In this document: positions 38,864 to 47,990 of the stretch, piece after piece
Layout of the letters: each line of letters starts with the position of its first letter
How positions within the stretch are numbered: the stretch's first letter is position 1
DNA from: Vicinamibacteria bacterium
Lineage (GTDB): Bacteria; Acidobacteriota; Vicinamibacteria; Marinacidobacterales; Marinacidobacteraceae
DNA length: 64,000 nucleotides
Assembly (NCBI GenBank): GCA_963668695.2
Contig: CAXXLQ010000004.1
Span: 1,216,001-1,280,000 of the forward strand
Direction of reading: 5' to 3'
Notes under the pieces: model-generated
What the model was told of the DNA's origin: nothing
Seen by the model: only the letters and a program-made list of their open reading frames with translations
Databases searched by the model: none
Translations under genes and position numbers: made by a program

Positions 38864-40951
38864 TCAGAACACCCAGGACAGCTTGGTGAAGAGCGTGCGG
38901 TAGTTGACGAGTTCGTCGTCGAACTGTGCGGGTCCTTCCTGGTAGGCGAGCTGGAGCGAGCCGAACGGGGGGAAGAACCTCCAGACGTAGAGGAGCTGGA
39001 TCGTCTCGCGCTCCAGTTCGAACATCGGGCTCGAGAGGCTGCCGGTGACGTCGTAGCGGGTCTGGTAGAACGCCTTGAAGAACATGTCCTTGTTCAGGTA
39101 GTAGGTCGCTCGCACGAAGTGGACCCAACTGCTCCGGTCGTGGGGGTCGGGGTCGAACCAGACCCGCTTGAGGTCGTAGGTCGCGGTGAGGGCGTCGGTG
39201 ATCGTCCAATCCACAACGCCTCCGAACTGGTCGAGATCGCTGTCGAAATTGACGCCGCGGCCGTAGTAGCCCGAAATTGCGGTGCCCGTGCGGGTGTCGA
39301 AGGTCAGCTTGGCCTGATTGAGGGAGTTCCGGAAGTGCTTCTCGAAAAGCCCGGGTTCTTCGGCCTTGAACTCCTCCCCGTTGGACACGTCCAGAGTCCA
39401 CCGCTTCAGGAAATTGAGGCCGACCCGGTTGAGGATCTGCCAACTTCGTAGCCGGCCGGATTGGCTCCAGAACTGGTTGTAGTTGATCGAGCCGGTCAGA
39501 TCCTGAAGCCCGTTTCGGTTGATCCAGAACTGCTTCCGCACGTTCGAGTCCACCTCGCGCCGGTCGTCGTCCCGAATGAAGCCGACCCGGTTCATGTTCT
39601 CCCGGACGTTCTCTCCGACGTGCGTGTAGCGGACGTGGAAATGTCCGGTCTGGGAGTCGTAGGAGGGCCGGAAGAAGTACGTCCACGCCCCTTCGTCGTG
39701 GGCGCCGTACGACCGGATGACCTGTGACGTCATACCGAGGTAATCCGAGAAGAACAAGGTCCCGACGAGTCCCAGCGAGCCTTCATTCGCCCCTTCGTAG
39801 GTGCGATTAGCGCCGATGACCCCGACGTTGGAGGCGCCCCCGATCTCCCGGCTCAGCCGAAACGCCGAGTAAACGGCGCCCTCTCCGGAGGCGCTGGAAA
39901 TGGTCGTCGCGGAATCCGTTTGACTGGCCAACCCGTTGACCCGCCACCGGCCGATCTTTCCGTTGGCCTTGGCGCCCCAGCGCATATCCCCGATTCGTCG
40001 GGAGTAGAACTGCACGATGCGGGTGCGGTAGCTCTCCGTGCCTTCCAGGAAGAAGGGACGCTTCTCCGGGTACGACAACTCGTACCGGGTGAAGTTGACC
40101 TGCTCGACGTCGGCCTCGACGGTGGCGAAATCGGGATTGAAGGAGAAATCGATGCCGATGTTGCTCGACGGCGCGTATCGCAGATCGAGTCCGAACTCCG
40201 TAGTGGCCTCCTGGGTCTCCTGGAGAACGCCCTGCACGTAAGGGATGAAGGCGTAGCTCTTGGTGACGGCCTCGGTCAGATCGAGGTCCGTGATGCTGCC
40301 GATCTCGTCGATCCGAAACCACTCCGAAAGGCCCGGGATCCAGTGGCTCTGCTCCAGATTCCTGGGGAGGTAGCGGATCGCATTGAAGCCCCAGGTGGAG
40401 GTTTCCCGCGCGAAGCGGACCGTTTCGAAGGGGATGGCGACCTCGGCGGACCAGCCGCGATCGCTCGTCGCCCCGGCCGACAGCCAGTTGGCGTCCCAGG
40501 TGATGTCCCGCGTGCGCCCGTTGTCCGCCCAACGTTCGTCCTGCTGCGTGCCCAGCGAGTTGACCATGAACACGTAGGCGTTGTTGTCGTCATCGAAGGT
40601 GTCGAGGACGAGGGCCACCGCGTCGTCCTCCCACACCTCGCCGTCCCGCCGGGTGACCGTCCGAGAGATGGCGTCGGGATCCGTGTCGCGGCTGTCGATC
40701 CCGAAATAGACCATCCGTTCGTCGTAGAGCACCCGGATGACCGTCCGTTGGGACGCCGCCGCGCCGGCGACCGGCTGGAGCTGGGTGAAGGCCTCGATGC
40801 CGGCGGCGCTGCCCCAGTCCGCCTCGTCCAGCACGCCGTCGATTTCGATGGGCTCCGACGTTCTCGTCGCTGCGACTTCCTGGGCGGCGAGGCCGGAACT
40901 GCACACGACTACCGCAACCGGTCCGAGGAAGATCGCCAGACAATGGCGCAT
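38864..40951 (-). CDS. CBM9-like domain + DUF5916 outer membrane barrel protein
   Basis: IDGVLDE..W, LDTFDD..NAYVF, AEVAIPF, NPDFATVEAD, EKRPFFLEG, FYSRRIG, terminal Phe. Confidence 0.88.
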   Translation of the reverse strand: MRHCLAIFLGPVAVVVCSSGLAAQEVAATRTSEPIEIDGVLDEADWGSAAGIEAFTQLQPVAGAAASQRTVIRVLYDERMVYFGIDSRDTDPDAISRTVTRRDGEVWEDDAVALVLDTFDDDNNAYVFMVNSLGTQQDERWADNGRTRDITWDANWLSAGATSDRGWSAEVAIPFETVRFARETSTWGFNAIRYLPRNLEQSHWIPGLSEWFRIDEIGSITDLDLTEAVTKSYAFIPYVQGVLQETQEATTEFGLDLRYAPSSNIGIDFSFNPDFATVEADVEQVNFTRYELSYPEKRPFFLEGTESYRTRIVQFYSRRIGDMRWGAKANGKIGRWRVNGLASQTDSATTISSASGEGAVYSAFRLSREIGGASNVGVIGANRTYEGANEGSLGLVGTLFFSDYLGMTSQVIRSYGAHDEGAWTYFFRPSYDSQTGHFHVRYTHVGENVRENMNRVGFIRDDDRREVDSNVRKQFWINRNGLQDLTGSINYNQFWSQSGRLRSWQILNRVGLNFLKRWTLDVSNGEEFKAEEPGLFEKHFRNSLNQAKLTFDTRTGTAISGYYGRGVNFDSDLDQFGGVVDWTITDALTATYDLKRVWFDPDPHDRSSWVHFVRATYYLNKDMFFKAFYQTRYDVTGSLSSPMFELERETIQLLYVWRFFPPFGSLQLAYQEGPAQFDDELVNYRTLFTKLSWVF

Positions 40952-41072
40952 CGGCCTCCGAGTATTCCACCCACCCGTACTGACGTTGACAGGCCTCAGC
41001 GCCGTCGGCGCTGTTTCGCGCTCCCGCGCGATGTTCGCCTTGTCGAGGATGCGCTCGCCGCGGTCGGCGGCC

Positions 41073-41555
41073 TTACCGCAGCAGGCTCACGAAACCGACG
41101 ACGAGGGCGACGATGAGCACCGCCTGGGCCATCAGCGCTCCGAACATCCATCGGATCATGCGCGTTTCCAGGTTTGCCAAGTCCGCCTTCGTGGCGAACT
41201 GGGTGCCGAACTCGGCCAAGTCCGCTTTGGTAACGAATTCGGCCAAATCCGCTTTCGTGGCAAATTCGGCCAGGTCCGCCTTCGTGACCGTACTCTCGCG
41301 CATCTCCCGGAGTTCCGCGCGCACCGGCCGAATCTGCGCCGCCGCGGTCTCCGAAGTCATGGCATGCATCCGCTTTTCAACAGTATAGGCCAACGTCGCG
41401 TCAACACCCACGTCCACCAGGGCGCGGAAGAGAGCGCCTTCCTCGGCCGGTTTCGGGTTGTTGGTTTTGGGATCGCGTGGCGGGCAGCCGGCTGGTGGCG
41501 GAGCCGGCTTCCCGGGTGGTTGGGGGGCGGGTGGTTGCGGCGCGGGGCTGGCCAT
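41073..41555 (-). CDS. DUF1640-like coiled-coil membrane-anchored protein with TKADLAEF repeats, paralog 2
   Basis: GGAGGAG RBS before MASPAP; three 9-aa (27-bp) repeats plus one partial; LETRMIRWM followed by a TM helix. Confidence 0.8.
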   Translation of the reverse strand: MASPAPQPPAPQPPGKPAPPPAGCPPRDPKTNNPKPAEEGALFRALVDVGVDATLAYTVEKRMHAMTSETAAAQIRPVRAELREMRESTVTKADLAEFATKADLAEFVTKADLAEFGTQFATKADLANLETRMIRWMFGALMAQAVLIVALVVGFVSLLR

Positions 41556-41636
41556 CGGGAACTCCTCCGGTGGGACGCGGCGGAAGACACCGGCGCCTTC
41601 CCCTATGCCCATAGACGGGATTTCGGGTCGTTCCGT
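41556..41636 (-). promoter_or_regulatory. Conserved upstream leader (GGAAC-N12-CGTCTA, hairpin, RBS)
   Basis: Matches 11762-11841 in motif order and spacing. Confidence 0.55.
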
Positions 41637-41753
41637 CCCGCTTCAGGAGGGTGATGTGGAAAAGTCGGCTTGAACCTGGTGCGCCTGATCGGAACGGCAG
41701 GGGTGGCGTTCTCGCCGTCCCGGGTCTCCAGCTCGCGCTGCGCTCCGGCGCGA

Positions 41754-41882
41754 TGCCGGCCCCCACCGGGAGAACTGGCCAGAGGTCGGCGGTCCAAGCC
41801 GTCCCCGCGCTTCTTCGCGGTTTGCGATGCGCGATCTCGCTGCGCGTCGCGCAGCTGTGCCGGTGTGAACACCGGCGGTCCC
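41754..41882. repeat. Two family-B REP-like units, the first interrupted by the 18-bp unit
   Basis: GCCGGC[CCCCACCGGGAGAACTGG]CCAGAGGTCGGCGGTCC and GCCGGTGTGAACACCGGCGGTCCC. Confidence 0.7.
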
Positions 41883-42089
41883 TTGCTAACTCGCTGTGCG
41901 GTGTGGGTCGCTAGGGCCGTCTGATCAGCGGTTGCCCGCGCGATATGCCTCCGGCCCGGCAAGTCCCGGCGCATCCGGACCAGGTCACGCCGCACGTCGT
42001 CCGGCAGCGGACGCCCAGGGTCGAACCACAATCTTGAGCGTCCTCGAACTCTTCAGAAACCTGTCGGCAGGCATCCCTTTCGGTGGCCG

Positions 42090-43277
42090 CTAACGTGGCA
42101 CCGGCTTGTCGAGTGAGTCCCATCCATAGGCTCGTTCGACCCGCGCCGTCAATTCGTCGAGAACGACACCCCCGCGATCACCATTCGTCATGATCGCCAC
42201 GCCGTATCCCTTCACCTTGTGCGCGAGCAGCGTTGCCCGGAAACCCCAGTTCGAGCCGCCATGTCCGAAGTACCAGCCCTGTCCGCGCTTGGAAACGCGG
42301 AACCCGACTCCATAGTCTCCGACACCCACCGGGTTGACCATCTGCTGGGCGCCCAGGGCGGACAACACCGTTCGGTCCCGCCCCTGGAGCGCCCGCTGAA
42401 CATCGAGGGCGAACTTCGCCAGGTCGGTGGGCGTGGTCCACAGGCCGGCGGCGGCCAACTCGGGATAGACGTGCCACTTCGCGTCCTTCGGTTGGCCGTT
42501 GCCGTCGTGGGCCCGGGCGGCGTTCGAGTCCAACTCCGCGCTCAGGGGCTGCTCGAATGTGCTGCGTGTCATTCCGATCGGCCCCAACACCCATTCGTTG
42601 AGCAACTCGGGGAAGGGTTTCTCGGTCGCGTCGGTCAGGGCGAGCTCCATCATCGTGACGCCGCCGCCGGAGTACTGGAACGCCGTCAGGGGCTCTCGTT
42701 CGAGAAGAACCGGACCAACATTGGACGGCCGCTCCCCGTTCAGGATCTGAACGGTCGTCGGTCGCGGGGCGTCGGGGTGGTAGCCCGGAAAACCGAACCC
42801 GTCCCCGGTTCCCGACGTGTGGCTTGCGAGGGTACGGGGAGTCACCGGCCGGTTGCGGGTGTGACGGGTCCCGGGCAGGCGCCAGGAGGTAAGGATTTCG
42901 TTGATGTCGTCGTCGAGTGAGAATCGCCCCTCCTCGCCCGCCCGAACGACGGCCATTGCCGCCACCGGTTTGCTGATGGACGCAGCCTGGAACAGCGTCT
43001 TGGTGTCGACGCGGGTACCGGCCGCGACATCGGCGATCCCGTAGCCTTTGGCCCAGTGGATCCGGAAGTCCTGGATCACGGCGACGCTGACCCCGGGCAC
43101 CCCGGCCAGACTCATGATCTCTTCGAGCGCGTAGGGATCCAGACCCTGGCGGTTCGGCTGCTGCGGACGCTCGATCGTCCGGATCATGGCGTCCACGCCA
43201 TCATCCTGAACGCCGGCCGCGGTCCATGCGCCGATGGGAAGGAACAGGACAAGCGAGAACAGCCAGCGGGTCTTCAT
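42090..43277 (-). CDS. Serine hydrolase, beta-lactamase class C/AmpC-like family, exported
   Basis: FQAASISKP (SxxK), YSGGG, AAGLWTTPTDL, HGGSN.G. Confidence 0.92.
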   Translation of the reverse strand: MKTRWLFSLVLFLPIGAWTAAGVQDDGVDAMIRTIERPQQPNRQGLDPYALEEIMSLAGVPGVSVAVIQDFRIHWAKGYGIADVAAGTRVDTKTLFQAASISKPVAAMAVVRAGEEGRFSLDDDINEILTSWRLPGTRHTRNRPVTPRTLASHTSGTGDGFGFPGYHPDAPRPTTVQILNGERPSNVGPVLLEREPLTAFQYSGGGVTMMELALTDATEKPFPELLNEWVLGPIGMTRSTFEQPLSAELDSNAARAHDGNGQPKDAKWHVYPELAAAGLWTTPTDLAKFALDVQRALQGRDRTVLSALGAQQMVNPVGVGDYGVGFRVSKRGQGWYFGHGGSNWGFRATLLAHKVKGYGVAIMTNGDRGGVVLDELTARVERAYGWDSLDKPVPR

Positions 43278-43653
43278 CGAGCAACTCCGTGAGGTACGTT
43301 GAATTCTGAGGCAGGGATCTGTCATGGCGTCATCAAGGCAAGCCAGCCTGGGAGCGTCATGAAGCTTGGGTCACCGAGTCCGGCGCGCCGCTGCGAAGAG
43401 GCGGGTCGATCGGGAACAGAGTACCCGTGCGATCCGCGGCCTGGGTTGCGCGATTCGCCAGCCTGCGGGTCCCTACCAGGAGAACCGGGGCGATGCCGGC
43501 CTGGGGGCCGGCGGTCCTCTTTCGGCCGCCGCCGGCTCAGGGGACAGATCGCGTACATTCTCGATCGGACGAGCCCCGAGTTTCCGTGCGCCGCACCTAT
43601 CGCCGGACTGCCATTCCCCCCGAGCCGAACCGGGGCTACGGGAGTCGAAACTG

Positions 43654-44529
43654 ATGGTCGAGCGCTGTCCGAACTGCGGATCCGAACAGGTCGAGCACTA
43701 CTGTGCCTCCTGCGGGCAGCGCGCGGGCGACCTCCGGACGTCGATCGGCGAATTCCTTCGCGAAGCGGTGGACGAGGTCTTCTCGCTCGATTCCCGCGTC
43801 TGGCGGACGCTCATCGCGCTGTTCCGCCGTCCCGGCTTGTTGACCGCGGATTACTGGCGAGGGCGGCGCGCCCGGTTCGTGACGCCGCTGCGGCTCTATC
43901 TGCTGGTCAGCTTCGTGACCTTCCTGTTCCTCGTGATCGTCGCGCCGAACAGCGTCCTCGATGCGACCGGCACGAATCCCTGGGCGCCGCTGAGGATCGG
44001 TTCGGGTCCTCTGCCATTGGATCTACCGGCCGCGGAGGCGCCGGTCCCTGACGGTGCCGTTGAAGACGGCGATCCGGCGCCGACCGGCGAAGATAGCCCC
44101 GGGTGGTATTCGCAACATGTGCTACGGCCCGCGCTCGAGGCTCCGGAACGCGCACAGAGGCTCTTCCACCAACGGGTCCAGTGGACGGTGTTCGCGCAGG
44201 TTCCCCTCTTCGCCGTATGGCTCAGGCTGTTCTACCGGCGGCGCGAGCGCTTCTTCGTCCCGCACCTGGTGTTCGCCCTGCACTTCCACACGCTGGCGTT
44301 CGTGCTGCTGGTGGCCGGAACCGCCGGGACTCTGATCCTCGGAACCCAAATCCCTTCCGTGATTGCCTATCTTGCCGTCGCCGCGATGCTCTTCTGCTCG
44401 CTCCGGCGGGTCTATGCGGAGGGGGTGCTGAAGACCCTCGTCAAGCAGATCGCCCTGGTGTTCGTGCACGCATGGGCGATCTTGTTCGGTCTGATGGCGC
44501 TCCTGACCGTCACCGGACTCGCGGCGTAA
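43654..44529 (+). CDS. DUF3667 domain membrane protein
   Basis: CPNCG....YCASCGQ, DSRVWRTL..L..RPG.LT..Y..GRR, HLVFALH.H. Confidence 0.88.
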   Translation: MVERCPNCGSEQVEHYCASCGQRAGDLRTSIGEFLREAVDEVFSLDSRVWRTLIALFRRPGLLTADYWRGRRARFVTPLRLYLLVSFVTFLFLVIVAPNSVLDATGTNPWAPLRIGSGPLPLDLPAAEAPVPDGAVEDGDPAPTGEDSPGWYSQHVLRPALEAPERAQRLFHQRVQWTVFAQVPLFAVWLRLFYRRRERFFVPHLVFALHFHTLAFVLLVAGTAGTLILGTQIPSVIAYLAVAAMLFCSLRRVYAEGVLKTLVKQIALVFVHAWAILFGLMALLTVTGLAA

Positions 44530-44705
44530 TCGTCCGGATCAGACCGGCGGCGTCGCCGGCGAGCTGGCGATGCCGGCCGGCGATCGGCGCTCCCAGCGCT
44601 TCTTCCCGATTGGCCGGGCTCGGTTTCGCGGCCCTGCCGGGCCGCGGTGGGGACCCGAAGACCGGCGTTCTCCGGGGCCGCGCCATCCGTAGCTGCGTGC
44701 GACTC

Positions 44706-44735
44706 TTGACCCGGAACCCCCTCCGGTCGTAAATT
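44706..44735 (+). promoter_or_regulatory. Sigma70-like promoter upstream of amtB
   Basis: TTGACC-N18-TAAATT about 75 nt before the ATG; GGAGGAGG RBS. Confidence 0.5.
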
Positions 44736-44809
44736 CCGCTCGCGAGACACGGGATACCCGGCCGGGTGGCGGAATTCCTTCCAATGATGCTCCCGAGGAG
44801 GAGGTCCTG

Positions 44810-46126
44810 ATGCTGAAGCGAATTCCGCTGATCGGGTTGGCCGCGCTCCTGCTGGCCGCACCGGCGTTTGCCCAGGACGCGGGGGGCGTGAGCACCGTGG
44901 GGCTCGACACCCTGTTCGTGTTGTTCTCGGCGTTCCTGGTGTTCCTCATGCAGGCCGGGTTCGGGATGCTCGAAGCGGGGTTCATCCGGGCCAAAAACAC
45001 CTGCAACATCCTGACGAAGAACTTCCTCGACTACTGCATGGCGTCGATCGGGTTCTTCGTTTTCGGCTACGCCATCATGTTTTCGGAGGGGAACCAGTTC
45101 TTCGGGACCAGCGGCTTTTTAATGGTGGGCGCCGAATCGGGTGCCGACGTATCGCTCTGGGCCTTCTGGTTGTTCCAGGCGGCGTTTTGCGGCGCTGCGG
45201 CCACCATCGTGGCCGGCGGAATGGCGGAACGGATGAGGTTCCCCGCCTATCTCGCCTACTCCTTCATCATTTCCTCGTTCATCTACCCGATCGTCGGCCA
45301 CTGGACCTGGGGTGGGGGTTGGCTCGCCCAGCTCAACTTCTTCGATTTCGCAGGCTCCACCGTCGTCCACCTGACCGGAGGCGCGACCGCGCTGGTCGGC
45401 GCCATGCTCCTGGGGCCGCGGCTGGGGCGTTTCAACGCCGACGGTAGCGCGAACGCCATTCCGGGCCATTCCGTACCGCTGGCATCCCTCGGCGTCTTCA
45501 TCCTCTGGTTCGGCTGGTTCGGCTTTAACCCCGGATCCGCCCTCGCGGTCGGTGACGGAGAGTTGATTTCCCTGATCGCGATCAATACCAACCTCGCGGC
45601 CGCGGCCGGAGCGGTAACCACGACCTTCCTTTCGTGGACTCTGTTCGGAAAGCCCGACCTCTTCTTCACGATGAACGGGGCGCTCGCCGGCCTCGTTTCG
45701 ATCACCGCCTCCTGCGCGATCGTGAGCCCCGCGTCCGCCATCTGGATCGGCGTGACGGGGGGGGTCGTGATCGTCCTCGGCGAGCGCCTCATGAACATCA
45801 TCAAGGTGGACGATCCCTGCGGCGCCTTCCCGGTGCACGGCCTCTGCGGCATCTGGGGAACGCTGACGGTCGGGCTCTGGGGACGCGAAGAGCTCGGCCT
45901 GGCCAACGAAGGATTGTTCTACGGCGGGGGATTCGAGCAGCTCGGCATCCAGGCGCTCGGCACCTTCGCGTCCGGCCTGTTCGTCTTCATCTCCATGGGG
46001 GCGGTGTTCATCGCCATCAGGGCGGTGCTCGGCCTTCGCGTGGATCGGATGGAGGAGATTCGTGGTCTCGACATGAACGAGCACGGGATGGAGTCCTACA
46101 CCGGCTTCCAGATTCTGGGTTCCTGA
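44810..46126 (+). CDS. amtB: Ammonium transporter
   Basis: MQAGF..LEAG, DFAGSTVVH, WFGWFGFN and PVHG, with both pore His residues intact. Confidence 0.96.
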   Translation: MLKRIPLIGLAALLLAAPAFAQDAGGVSTVGLDTLFVLFSAFLVFLMQAGFGMLEAGFIRAKNTCNILTKNFLDYCMASIGFFVFGYAIMFSEGNQFFGTSGFLMVGAESGADVSLWAFWLFQAAFCGAAATIVAGGMAERMRFPAYLAYSFIISSFIYPIVGHWTWGGGWLAQLNFFDFAGSTVVHLTGGATALVGAMLLGPRLGRFNADGSANAIPGHSVPLASLGVFILWFGWFGFNPGSALAVGDGELISLIAINTNLAAAAGAVTTTFLSWTLFGKPDLFFTMNGALAGLVSITASCAIVSPASAIWIGVTGGVVIVLGERLMNIIKVDDPCGAFPVHGLCGIWGTLTVGLWGREELGLANEGLFYGGGFEQLGIQALGTFASGLFVFISMGAVFIAIRAVLGLRVDRMEEIRGLDMNEHGMESYTGFQILGS

Positions 46127-46154
46127 CGGGAACTTTTTTCAAGGCTGTTACGAC

Positions 46155-46496
46155 ATGAAGCTAGTCACCGCCCTGGTGCAACCCGAAGTGGTTCCCCTGG
46201 TTCAGGAGGAACTCTTCGGCGCACAGATCAACAAGTTCTCGATCACCGCGGGAGTCGGCCACGGAACCCAGAAGGGATACGAAGCCACCTTCCGCGGGGT
46301 GCAGACGCAGGTGAACATCCTGAAGCGCGTCCGCATTGACGTCGCGGTGAACGAGGACTTCGTGGAACGCGCGGTGCAGGCAATCCTGCGGGCAGCGCAG
46401 ACCGGGCAGCCGGGCGACGGGAAGATCTTCGTCACCGACCTCCACGACTGCATCCGGATTCGAACCGGCGAGCGTGGCTCGCAGGCCGTCGGCTGA
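46155..46496 (+). CDS. glnK: P-II nitrogen regulatory protein
   Basis: G.G.QKG T-loop, TG..GDGKIFV, IRIRTGERG; linked to amtB. Confidence 0.9.
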   Translation: MKLVTALVQPEVVPLVQEELFGAQINKFSITAGVGHGTQKGYEATFRGVQTQVNILKRVRIDVAVNEDFVERAVQAILRAAQTGQPGDGKIFVTDLHDCIRIRTGERGSQAVG

Positions 46497-46505
46497 CGTC
46501 CCCCC

Positions 46506-47921
46506 ATGTCTCTTCGCGACGTCCGGCGAGTGATCGCGGACCGGAAGATCCGGTTCGTGGACTTCCGGTTCACCGACCTCCTGGGCGGCTGGCGCCACAT
46601 TTCGTACGCCATCGAGGCCTTCGACGAGGACATGTTCGTCCATGGGATCGGCTTCGATGGTTCGTCGGTCCGCGGCTTTCAGGGCATCGCAAACAGCGAC
46701 ATGCTGCTTCGCCCCGATCCGGACAGCGGCTTCATCGATCCTTTCTACGAGGATCCGACGATGGTCTTCATCTGCAACGTCAAGGATCCGGTGGACCTCA
46801 GCCTGTACACACGCGATCCGCGGAACATCGTCGAGAAGGCCACGCGGTTCCTGGAAACGTCCTCGATCGCGGATACGTGTTTCGTGGGCCCGGAAGCGGA
46901 GTTCTACATCTTCGACGACGTCCGGTTCGATCAGACCGTGAACGAGGCCTTCTATCACGTGGACTCCGGCAGCGGCGCCTGGAACGTCGGACGCGAGGAG
47001 AACCCCAACCTCGGCCACAAGCCGGGCCTGAAGCAGGGCTATTTCCGGATGCCGCCCACGGACCCCTATCAGAATGTGCGCTCCGAGATGGTGACCAATC
47101 TGCGGGATTGCGGGGTGGACGCGGAACTGCACCACCAGGAGGTGGGCAGCGGCGGACAGTGCGAGATCGGGCTGAAATACCAGACGCTCAGCCAGATGTC
47201 GGACGCCATGATGAAGTTCAAGTACGTGGTGAAGAACACCGCTCACCGGCATGGAAGAACCGCGACCTTCATGCCGAAGCCGCTCTTCGGCGACAACGGT
47301 TCCGGAATGCACTGCCACATGAGCCTGTGGAGGAAGGGGCAGAACCTCTTCTACGATGCGGACGGGTACGCCGGTCTGAGCGAAATGGGGATCTACTTCA
47401 TCGGGGGCATCCTGAAACACGCGGGGTCGCTCCTGGCCTTCACCTGTCCCACGGCCAACTCCTACCGGCGCCTCGTTCCCGGGTTCGAAGCTCCCGTGAA
47501 GCTCGTCTACTCCCAGCGCAACCGCTCGGCCGCGATCCGGATCCCCATGTACTCGGCGAGTCCGGGTGCGAAGCGGATCGAGTTCCGCTGTCCCGACCCG
47601 AGCGCCAATCCGTACCTGGCGTTCTCCGCCATCATGATGGCCGGGCTCGACGGCATGATGAACAAGGTCGTGCCTCCCGATCCGGTGGACCGCGACCTCT
47701 ACGAGATGCCCGAAGAGGAGCAGCGTAAGATCGGCGACACGCCGCCGACACTCAAGGCCGCTCTCGACGCGCTCGAGGAGGATCACGACTACCTGTTGCG
47801 GGGGGATGTCTTCACGCCGGATGTCATCGAGACCTGGGTGCGTTACAAGCGGAGCCACGAGCTCGCCTACTTGGACCAGCGTCCGCACCCGGCGGAGTTC
47901 GCTCTCTACTATGACTGTTGA
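46506..47921 (+). CDS. glnA: Glutamine synthetase type I
   Basis: FDGSSVRGF, HHQEVG, TFMPKPLFGDNGSGMH, QRNRSAAIRIP, DLYE adenylylation site. Confidence 0.97.
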   Translation: MSLRDVRRVIADRKIRFVDFRFTDLLGGWRHISYAIEAFDEDMFVHGIGFDGSSVRGFQGIANSDMLLRPDPDSGFIDPFYEDPTMVFICNVKDPVDLSLYTRDPRNIVEKATRFLETSSIADTCFVGPEAEFYIFDDVRFDQTVNEAFYHVDSGSGAWNVGREENPNLGHKPGLKQGYFRMPPTDPYQNVRSEMVTNLRDCGVDAELHHQEVGSGGQCEIGLKYQTLSQMSDAMMKFKYVVKNTAHRHGRTATFMPKPLFGDNGSGMHCHMSLWRKGQNLFYDADGYAGLSEMGIYFIGGILKHAGSLLAFTCPTANSYRRLVPGFEAPVKLVYSQRNRSAAIRIPMYSASPGAKRIEFRCPDPSANPYLAFSAIMMAGLDGMMNKVVPPDPVDRDLYEMPEEEQRKIGDTPPTLKAALDALEEDHDYLLRGDVFTPDVIETWVRYKRSHELAYLDQRPHPAEFALYYDC

Positions 47922-47990
47922 TTCTCGCGAGGAATCCCGCCGCCGGAACTCGGATTTGAGCGCCCGGCCAGCGACCAGGGAGGCCCTTTC

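Noticed and set aside
44731-44809. Glutamine riboswitch upstream of amtB
   Set aside because: An AATTCCGC/GCGGAATT inverted repeat is present, but I could not match the glnA-motif consensus and it overlaps the putative -10 box.
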